From a virus (Duplodnaviria; Caudoviricetes): 53,355 bases of DNA. How positions within the stretch are numbered: position 1 is the first letter of the stretch; each line of letters begins with the position of its first letter. The notes under the pieces are model-generated. The model had not been told where the DNA came from. It searched no databases and saw only the letters and a program-made list of their open reading frames with translations. Of the stretch, positions 18,801 through 26,169 are shown in pieces. Location of the stretch: the IMG/VR virus record IMGVR_UViG_3300044858_000223, positions 1 to 53,355 of that record; one strand, 5' to 3'. Position numbers and translations under genes: made by a program.

Positions 18801-21800
18801 AGTGCATCAATTACGCCGGTTAGAAGCTCTCTGTTTGCCACTGGCGCATTTTGGGCTTGCCCCATCGCACTGGTCATAATGCGGTTGTACCGCGTTGTCA
18901 TGTACCGGATGTTGTTGTATCGCGGCACAAGGCGCGTCTTTCCGCTGATAACCTTGTTGTGAGCCTGCGCGATGATGTCTTGAATCTCGCGGTTGCTGTA
19001 AGCAACGTCTCGGCCAACCAGTTGGCTCAAGGCACGGGCGAACTTACGAATCAGGGCAGCAACACGGTTAAAGGCAGCGCGATACTGCGAATTGGCAATC
19101 GGGCCACCCTCGGACATCTCGGCAAAGACTTCTTCCGTTGCCAGCGCCCTGCGCTCATCCTGCGTAAACTCGCTCTCTGGGTATACGTTCGGGTTCTCTT
19201 CAAGCCACGCATCGGCATCGGCACGAACACGATTGTTCGTGTTGTAGATATCCAGCATTGTCTGAAGAAGTCTTTCCCCAAACAACTGCTCAAGACCGTA
19301 ATGACCCAGTGATTCGTGGAATACCGTGGCCTTCAAATCAGATGGCAGACGAATGTTATCTGCAATGATGTACACGTCGTTGCCAACGGCAACGCCCATG
19401 CTGTCCTCGTTAGCCTCGGGATCAAGTTCTTGCGGCAGATCAAGGTGCGACTGCACAACAATAAAGTTAGGCGGGTTCTTCCAGCCAGCCGTGAACTTGC
19501 CAATCAACGACCTGACAGTGTCAGCCTTTAATCCCTTCGTCAGGCTTTTGATCTTTTTAAATCGTGTGTACTTTGTTTTACGGAAGTCAAGAGGTTCGTA
19601 AGAGTCATCTCTTTCTTTAACGCTTACTTCATCGTCTACGGTATCTCTAACGTCCGTATCAATATCTTCTTCAAGCCTTGCTTGAGTGGCTTCGCCCAAC
19701 TGTGCTTCAGCCTTAGTAATACTGTCTTCAATACGTTGAAGCGTTTTGTATTCTGTACGCAAGTCAGTATCGCCACGCTGAACAGAATCAAGCACCCCCT
19801 GAATACGTTTGGCGTATTTCTTGAGCTTTCCTGAGTCGCGGGCAAGCGTTATGACATTCTTGGCGTAATCAACTACTTCTTTTCTTGAAACGCGCTTAGG
19901 CACCGCTTTTTTAGGTGTGGGCGCCTCTTCTTCCGTAAACAGTCCAAGCTGAGTTTTAAGCTTAGACATACCGGCTTTAATGTTCTGGACAGCACGTTGA
20001 ACTTGCGGTTTGGTCATGGCGGGCATCGCCTGACGCTTTATGTAATCAAGTTCAAACTTGGCAATTTCTGCCATACGAGAGAACGTGCCAAAGTCTTTAT
20101 TACCTTCTTTGGCTAAGTTTGCACGTGCCTCGCTACGCTGCCCCGTTGATTCATACGCACGGTAAACAGTGTTGCCCTGTGCGTCCTTGTAGCGTAAACC
20201 ATACTCCCCTTTACCAATCTCAGGCTTCAAGGTGGGAGGCAGTTCACGAGGAATAGCGTCCGTTATCTCAGCAGCCTTATCAGCCTCGCGCTGAATACGT
20301 TCAGTCTCGGACTCAACACCTTCGCCGCGCAATTTACCCGTGGCCCGCTGCCGCGCCTCTTCAAGACGTTGCTCAGCAAAGTAACTATCCAGCATGTCAG
20401 GCGGCAAGCCAGTCTCGGCAGGTGCGCCCTCAAGACCAAGTTCTTCAAGACCCGTCTCTGCAACGGCTTCTTGTCTTGCTTCGGGGGCAATAGTCTCACG
20501 AGGAGCAAACCGACCAGATGGTGTGTAATCCTCTTCAACGACGAAGTAACTGCGACCAGCAGTTTTTGCAGCCTTGACGTTGGTTTTCTGTACTACTTGG
20601 CCGCTACCAAGCAACGCACTACGCAATGACTTGGCTTGACTGAGCGGGATACCGAGCGCCGCTTGAAGTTCCGTGGCTGAACCCTTACCAGTCTCGCGGA
20701 TGAAGGCAACGGCACGATCTTTAAGATCGCGGACTTTCTGCCTTTCAGCAAGGTAGCCCTCAAGTTTACGAGGCGGCAAGCCAGTCTCAGTAGGCGCACC
20801 AAACCCTTCAAGGCCAAGACCCTCAAGGTCAGCCTCTAATGTAGGGGATACATCTGCTTCTCGGTCATCAACCCGTTCAGTAACGTCGCCAGTAGCAGCC
20901 AGTCCTGCGCCTCTAGTTGGCGGAGCACCGAGTTCTCCGGCTGGCGGTCCCAATGTAAACAGGTCAGGGCTTCCTCTACCTGCTCCACCGTCAGTCTCTG
21001 TAGTAGTAACTGTTGCGCCTGATACATCGGTAGCCTCCGGCTGAGCGGCAGGTGCGGGAGTAATGACTTTAAACTTACTGCCTTTTCGCTCAAGTAGACC
21101 CTCGTCAACAAACTGCCGCATCAATGCAGCGGCTTGAGGTTGATTAAGTCCCGTGGCTTCAGCAACAGCCTTGATAGTCGGGGTGGTTTGAATAACTTCA
21201 AGCGCAAGCTCGCGCGGAGTAAGCGTGACAGCCGGAGCCTCAAACATATCCGCAGGAATGCCACCCTCCGTGGGCGCACCAAAGCCTTCCATGACTCCTT
21301 CGGTAGCAGCCCGTGCAGCATCGTCTTCACGAGCGTAGGCCAACATATCCTCAGTTAATTCGGCCTCTTCTTCCGGCGTGCGAGACGGAGTAGGGATTAC
21401 TCGTTCTTCTTCGTCTCGCGTAGGAGGTGTGTATAGAGGTGGTTCTTCATCTTCACGCGGTGCAAGTGACTCTGCTTCGGCTGCTTCACGTAAGGTACGG
21501 GCACTGTACTGCTCACGTTGCAACTGTTGGTTCAGACGCTCTTCGGCTTCTCTTTCAATTTCTTGAATAGCCTCGCGCTCAAGACGAGCTTCACGTTGAG
21601 CTTCAGTTTCTTCAGTTGTAACCGGTTCTTCAGAAGTGATAGGCGGAGGTGGAGGAGGCGCAATTTCTTCCTCTTGCCGTGAAACAACCTCTGCTTCTGC
21701 TGCTCTGGCTCTTTCTGCCTGCTCTCCGCGATACGTAGCAGCCCCACCAATCGCGCCAAATCCGCCACCAAGGAGAGCCGCACCAATCGCAGCCTGTTTG

Positions 21801-22624
21801 AACTCTTCCTTGGCCTCATCGTCATCTAGCGGCAGACCTGCCTGCCAACGCTCCAAGGCTTGCTGAGCAATTTCTTGTGGGACTTCAAACGCAACGCCAA
21901 GACCCACGCCCTTAACTACGTTGCCCTTGAGAGAAAGGTTGCCCTTGTTAAAAGCATCAATAAGAACTTGTGCGGCTTTGCTTGATGTCTCGTCTTTGGT
22001 AAGCAAACGCTGAGCGACAGGGAACTTGCTCAAACCCTTTAAAATCAATGCACCGGGGACAACATCAAGTCCTGCTTGTGCCAACGATGCGGCAGCGGCT
22101 TTGCCCAAAGACAACTCAGGTACAACTTCACCCGCTTCAGCAGCGGCTTGTTGTTGCTCAGCCTGACGGCGGAGGTTAGCAATACTGTATTGACTAGCAC
22201 TTGTACCAGCGAAGCCAGCAATACCACCGAGCGGGCCAGCGGCAGCACCGGCTACACCACCTACAATGGGAGCAACGAGCGCACCGAGTGAACCACCAAG
22301 CAGTTCCTTAAAGGCTTCCCAGTTATCACCTTTACCAAATCCGCCAACGGACTTGTACTTGGACTCGGCTTTCTTAAGGAACTCTTGCCTGTTCTCTTCC
22401 GTAGGATTGGCAGCATAAGCCGCTGCTTCATCAGCCAGACCAAGAGAGGTAACAGCATCCTTAAACGAGCCAATAAACCCCGCCTGTTTCTTGGGGGGTT
22501 CAAACATACTCGAAATGCTGCCTTCCACTTCACGGTAAGCACGGGCTAACCGTTTAGCTGCTTCAACGTCTCCGGCTTCATCTGCCTTGCGTAATGCAGC
22601 AGCAATCTGACTAAGCGTAGCCAT
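15872..22624 (-). CDS. giant internal virion/ejection protein (polyvalent-protein-like)
   Basis: 2250 aa last gene of the structural arm; hydrophobic Gly/Ala N-terminal region, two wHTH-like units, HESLGH zincin-like motif, helical C-terminus. Confidence 0.8.
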   Translation of the reverse strand: MATLSQIAAALRKADEAGDVEAAKRLARAYREVEGSISSMFEPPKKQAGFIGSFKDAVTSLGLADEAAAYAANPTEENRQEFLKKAESKYKSVGGFGKGDNWEAFKELLGGSLGALVAPIVGGVAGAAAGPLGGIAGFAGTSASQYSIANLRRQAEQQQAAAEAGEVVPELSLGKAAAASLAQAGLDVVPGALILKGLSKFPVAQRLLTKDETSSKAAQVLIDAFNKGNLSLKGNVVKGVGLGVAFEVPQEIAQQALERWQAGLPLDDDEAKEEFKQAAIGAALLGGGFGAIGGAATYRGEQAERARAAEAEVVSRQEEEIAPPPPPPITSEEPVTTEETEAQREARLEREAIQEIEREAEERLNQQLQREQYSARTLREAAEAESLAPREDEEPPLYTPPTRDEEERVIPTPSRTPEEEAELTEDMLAYAREDDAARAATEGVMEGFGAPTEGGIPADMFEAPAVTLTPRELALEVIQTTPTIKAVAEATGLNQPQAAALMRQFVDEGLLERKGSKFKVITPAPAAQPEATDVSGATVTTTETDGGAGRGSPDLFTLGPPAGELGAPPTRGAGLAATGDVTERVDDREADVSPTLEADLEGLGLEGFGAPTETGLPPRKLEGYLAERQKVRDLKDRAVAFIRETGKGSATELQAALGIPLSQAKSLRSALLGSGQVVQKTNVKAAKTAGRSYFVVEEDYTPSGRFAPRETIAPEARQEAVAETGLEELGLEGAPAETGLPPDMLDSYFAEQRLEEARQRATGKLRGEGVESETERIQREADKAAEITDAIPRELPPTLKPEIGKGEYGLRYKDAQGNTVYRAYESTGQRSEARANLAKEGNKDFGTFSRMAEIAKFELDYIKRQAMPAMTKPQVQRAVQNIKAGMSKLKTQLGLFTEEEAPTPKKAVPKRVSRKEVVDYAKNVITLARDSGKLKKYAKRIQGVLDSVQRGDTDLRTEYKTLQRIEDSITKAEAQLGEATQARLEEDIDTDVRDTVDDEVSVKERDDSYEPLDFRKTKYTRFKKIKSLTKGLKADTVRSLIGKFTAGWKNPPNFIVVQSHLDLPQELDPEANEDSMGVAVGNDVYIIADNIRLPSDLKATVFHESLGHYGLEQLFGERLLQTMLDIYNTNNRVRADADAWLEENPNVYPESEFTQDERRALATEEVFAEMSEGGPIANSQYRAAFNRVAALIRKFARALSQLVGRDVAYSNREIQDIIAQAHNKVISGKTRLVPRYNNIRYMTTRYNRIMTSAMGQAQNAPVANRELLTGVIDALSNVPNSLRNAKLQTFSLHHMMQLFEKYAPAFRALNNLVERKAYDSTKEMVEFTKQASKYRGVLRNNSQFVDEFNKVAHLINLSQAPVLEEQVNANGDFVRFVPNVASQRMRNIPANSAAYSALTPDEKVLHEAVNRFYALPTDVQQLIADIYTDYRNYSENAFKIKLTQLMNKLPANVIAGIKANFQNNRLKFYLPLPREGLYRLDYEDNNNVEVVKFFDSKAGRDYAEQQVRAQGMTVLTNRNTIVKQRDYNGISSLPPGLLKELLENVRDSLTRANVADADIVNAERTVFDTFIEFMPGAYGNDLRQEISSRKTFTLNGAMYYGRLGFEEDVIAAYEKRIPSIIYQINNLKYTMPFEKVRKLIKEQLTTYRNNKGAPAYVGLPDLDDSYIDSLENDLDSRITFAKTLQQYSPYVYTIGKINYLYSIALNISSAMINTTILPMMAWPALAAKYGVVNASRAVGQAIQLFFKHSYRDPQTGRLSFDYKRLADMPASFGGNNMPAAYAQTAHGQEFNRFYRTLLARSVVGTAAEQELIQAENINVRGYEGLSAKVNLAMSYVFRSSERMNREVSALAAYMLARNIDVNGQAFDPNRQGVSAGKASEEAIRLNYDINGATTPETNSRLYQTDIGRIALTFRTHALNMILNLAFSFNQAIERINSTPPAGSTPAQIAQFNANVAEKKLLKSLAQKKLLYIFGSTYMLAGIKGLPLFGAAEVLASLIMGDDDEPYDLEQMVLDSVGTLGLNGPVNELLNVDIASRTGFNGLLWRDDPKRLAEVGLPVYVLERLAGPTYGLVESARRGFKDLSEGNLDRAFESFTPGPIRNMAKGFRFATEGALTRDGLPIVEDVNAYNSMMQVLGFAPADLAVAQAQRGATYQVSEKLKNRRVALLTNLYAARKADNPEAMEKAFEDIRKFNESNPSYRITGDTISKSYKERERRAREAIMGVYQPRNLRIATSEYVTDLNAEDEDAFF

Positions 22625-22626
22625 TT

Positions 22627-24261
22627 TTACTGACCGTACTTAGCCAAATCAATTTGTACTTGATCTCCTACGTCTGCTCCCAAGTTATTCATTATTAAAC
22701 TTCTAAGTTGTTTAGCCTGATCACTATCACCTGTCAAAGCACCGCTCTGAATGAGGTCTGACAACAACTCATCTCTTTTAAGGGCCCTAGCAGCGGCGTA
22801 GCGTTCTCTTTCAGCCGCAATCTGCGCCCCAGTTCTACGATCTTGACCACGCTCACGGCCTTGGAACTCAGCAATCGCCGTCTCGTTTTGAGCGCGAGCA
22901 AGGTTAAGAGAGCGAAGATTGCTCTTGGCTTCTTTCTCCAAAGCGTTCGCATCTCTAATGTTGCCCGCCTTGCGTAATTCATCTGCCTGCTCAAGGGCAA
23001 ACCGATTCTGGGCAATGCTGTCCTTAAGCGCACGGTTCTCTTTAAGTGCGGCCTGATACAACTTGGTGCCCGTGGTTCCACCAATAGCGGCAGCGCCCAA
23101 GAACCCAGTACGCTCACGACCACGACGAGATGCAGCCTCGGCCATAGCAAAGAATCCTTGCGCCGCTGCCATGCGCTTATCACTTGCCAGATCCCTTTCA
23201 CCCTCTGCTTCGCGCTTAGTCAGGTACTCACCACGCTTACGAGCAGATTCGCCAATACCTTGTTTTGCCTGTATTGCATCTATCTCAGCAAGGCGCTGCT
23301 CAAGAGTCTTTTCGGCTTCAGGCTTAAGTTGAGTTTCAATGTCAGACAGTATTTTACGGCCTCGACCAAAGTCGCCGTAATCTCCACCGCCTAACTGGAC
23401 ACCACCGGAAGGACGTTGACCACCTGTAGCAGGAGGCTTAGTTCCTGCACCAGCGGCAGGGGGAGGAGCGGCTTCAAATCCAAGTTTTTGCCTTGCTTCT
23501 GATTGTTTTTGAGCCGTAACTCTTTCCATTGAACTGGGAGCGTATTTTTTACGAAGTTGATCTACTTTATCGCTAAGTCCACGACGTTCAAGAATGTCAG
23601 ACAAAGCCATGATGTCATTGGTTAATGAACTATCTTTTTTAGTTATACGATCACTTAAAAGTTTTTCGTATTTAGAAAGAATAGCTTCATTACTAATTGA
23701 CGAATCATCTGCCAAAGTTTCCGCAGCTTCTCCACCAAGACCCATTATTCCAAAAGGTGACACAGAGTAACCGGGAATTGTTGGGTTACCTGCCATTAGC
23801 GATGGCGGCGTACCGTTAGCCATGTGTATAACGTCCCCACCGCCAGCAAACGCAACGATGCCACCACCGGCAAACTGCGGATACTCCATGCGGCCAGCGT
23901 CGATAGCGCCAAGGCCACGATCCATCGGTTGGGCTTCTTGTTGACCAGCGTAGCTAGTTGGGCCACCAAGACCCCCAAGCCCACCGCTGCGGTCAGTGGT
24001 ATCACGCTGCATCTGCTGCTGTTGATCCAGTATGTTCAACTGATCTTTGATCGTAGGCGGAGTCTGTGGCGGCTTGACCTGTTGCTGTTTCAGTCGTTGA
24101 AACTGATTCAACATTGAGTACAGGTCGGTAAGGGGAGCCACGCCTTGAGTAGCCATACCCTTGACGTACTGGATAGCCTGATCGGGGGGCATACCCTTTT
24201 GGATGGCCTGTTGGAGTGAGGCCATCATCGCTCGACCCGTGCCGCTAACTGGACCGATCAT
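22627..24261 (-). CDS. putative internal virion protein
   Basis: 544 aa, helical; FAGGGIVAFAGGG motif; lies among the ejection genes. Confidence 0.7.
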   Translation of the reverse strand: MIGPVSGTGRAMMASLQQAIQKGMPPDQAIQYVKGMATQGVAPLTDLYSMLNQFQRLKQQQVKPPQTPPTIKDQLNILDQQQQMQRDTTDRSGGLGGLGGPTSYAGQQEAQPMDRGLGAIDAGRMEYPQFAGGGIVAFAGGGDVIHMANGTPPSLMAGNPTIPGYSVSPFGIMGLGGEAAETLADDSSISNEAILSKYEKLLSDRITKKDSSLTNDIMALSDILERRGLSDKVDQLRKKYAPSSMERVTAQKQSEARQKLGFEAAPPPAAGAGTKPPATGGQRPSGGVQLGGGDYGDFGRGRKILSDIETQLKPEAEKTLEQRLAEIDAIQAKQGIGESARKRGEYLTKREAEGERDLASDKRMAAAQGFFAMAEAASRRGRERTGFLGAAAIGGTTGTKLYQAALKENRALKDSIAQNRFALEQADELRKAGNIRDANALEKEAKSNLRSLNLARAQNETAIAEFQGRERGQDRRTGAQIAAERERYAAARALKRDELLSDLIQSGALTGDSDQAKQLRSLIMNNLGADVGDQVQIDLAKYGQ

Positions 24262-24264
24262 GTT

Positions 24265-26157
24265 TTATTTCCCCGTTGTCTGGCCGAAGCCACCGAACAA
24301 GCTACCAAGTCCTAATCCTACGCCAGCAATCTGTCCAAACAAACTACCCGGTGCTTGATACATCGTCTGTGTCTGCCCGGTCGCCGGAAGTCCACGCAGG
24401 ATACCTGACATGAACTCCAACTGTTTGTACGGCTGCTGCTGTTGGTTCATGAAGTCTTGGTACTGTAGGTTAAGCAACTCTTGGCCGAGAGCCTGCTGCT
24501 GACCGCCAGCGCCTAGTTGAGCAGCGTTAATGCCCATCTGTTGCTGATACTGCTGCTGACCCAAGTTACCCAACATTCCCGCCGCAGCCAACTGCTGCTG
24601 AAGACCTTGCATACCAAGACCCGCACCAAACTGACGGGACTGCTCGGCAAGGTTTGCACCGGAGAGGCCGAACTGAGCGCGTTGCTGAGCGTTCTGCTGA
24701 CTGAACTGATTGGCCTGAGCCAACTGCGCCAGAGCCTGCTGCTGAGCCTGAAGTTGTGCAGCCTGATTCATCTGCTGCGCTTGCAAGCCCTGACCCGCAC
24801 CAAACTGCGACTGGTTAATCAGTGCCTGTAGATTAGCCTGCTCTGTGGTGAGACCCGCAGCCTGATTAAGTCTTGCGGCTTCCATTGCCTGCTGAGCATT
24901 GAGTCCTTGAGTCTGAAGAAGCGCGGCCAAGTTCTGCTGACCAGTCGTAAGGCCAGCCTGCTGATTAGCCATTGCAGCCTGCATTTCCTGCTGACGCTGG
25001 AACTCTGCGGCACGCTGTGCGGCTTGTTGGTTAGCCAACTGAGCCTGAAGGGATTGACTCCCCATGAACTGCTGACGCGCTTGTTCGGCAGCGAGGTTCT
25101 GCTGACCAACCGTGAGTCCCATCGCCTGATTAAGACGTTGAGCCTCCAACGACTGACCAGCACCCAACTGCTGAATACCCATCGCAGCCTGAAGGTTCTG
25201 ACGAGCAACGTCTTGAGTAGCCGCTTGGTTAGCCAAAGCCGCCTGCATTGCGGCGGCGCGGTCACGTTCAAACTGGCCCGAAGATTGTTCATAGGCTCGT
25301 TGAAGCCCACCGGCCTCAATATCACCCAACTGCGTAGCAAGATTGCGCTGTGCTTCAGATTGGAGCAAAGCCTCACGAGTACCGCCTCGACCGCCAGTAC
25401 GAGCCGCAGCCGCACTAATGGCGGGAAGCCCTTTCATGTAATCTCGGACAGCCGATTGTTTCTGGCGCTCCACGACGCCCTGCATATAGGGCGACATGTA
25501 TTCAAGCATTGAGCCAAGGCCAAAGCGTTCGGTACCAACGCGCTCAGCCGGACCCATTCGGTATTCACGAAGGTTGGCAGCGCGAACTCGCTCTGCCGGA
25601 CTCATCGCTAACTGATCATATTGATAGGCTTGAGCACGCTCTATGTCATAAGCAGACGGAGCGCCAACTCGTTCAAACCCGGCCATTTGCGGAGCCGTGT
25701 ATTCACGTGCAGCGATGTCCCGTGGCCCTCGCATTTGAAACTGCGTGGAAGGAGCCGCAGTCACATCACGGGACGTAACCCCCATCCGCTGAAACTCAGG
25801 GGACTCATAGAAGTTTTGAGCGGCGGCGGGATCGTATCGACCGAGTCTTTGGGCATCTACACCGGCAAGACCAGCAAGCCCCGTGGCTTGGGTAAGTTGA
25901 TCCGCAGTCTGCATTCCAGCAATGTTTCGGAATGCTTGTTCTTGAAGCGGATTAAACCCTTCAACGCGCTGAATCGGATCCAGTATTGGCTTGCCCTGTG
26001 CATCCAATACCGGCTTGCCTTGAGCATCCAGTCTAGGCCGGGCATAGGGCTGATACCCTTGATCAGAGATTCGCTGAGCGTCTCCTACAAGCTTAAGTAT
26101 CGCTTCCTTAAGGTAACTAGGAATGCTGGTTTGTATTTGTTCAGTAGGTTCGGCCAT
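24265..26157 (-). CDS. putative DNA pilot / ejection-tube protein
   Basis: Gln/Ala-rich 11-residue repeats; GGRGGTREAL, QYQDF...PYKQLEFMSGILRGLP; hydrophobic Gly-rich C-terminus. Confidence 0.75.
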   Translation of the reverse strand: MAEPTEQIQTSIPSYLKEAILKLVGDAQRISDQGYQPYARPRLDAQGKPVLDAQGKPILDPIQRVEGFNPLQEQAFRNIAGMQTADQLTQATGLAGLAGVDAQRLGRYDPAAAQNFYESPEFQRMGVTSRDVTAAPSTQFQMRGPRDIAAREYTAPQMAGFERVGAPSAYDIERAQAYQYDQLAMSPAERVRAANLREYRMGPAERVGTERFGLGSMLEYMSPYMQGVVERQKQSAVRDYMKGLPAISAAAARTGGRGGTREALLQSEAQRNLATQLGDIEAGGLQRAYEQSSGQFERDRAAAMQAALANQAATQDVARQNLQAAMGIQQLGAGQSLEAQRLNQAMGLTVGQQNLAAEQARQQFMGSQSLQAQLANQQAAQRAAEFQRQQEMQAAMANQQAGLTTGQQNLAALLQTQGLNAQQAMEAARLNQAAGLTTEQANLQALINQSQFGAGQGLQAQQMNQAAQLQAQQQALAQLAQANQFSQQNAQQRAQFGLSGANLAEQSRQFGAGLGMQGLQQQLAAAGMLGNLGQQQYQQQMGINAAQLGAGGQQQALGQELLNLQYQDFMNQQQQPYKQLEFMSGILRGLPATGQTQTMYQAPGSLFGQIAGVGLGLGSLFGGFGQTTGK

Positions 26158-26169
26158 GATCGCTCCCGA

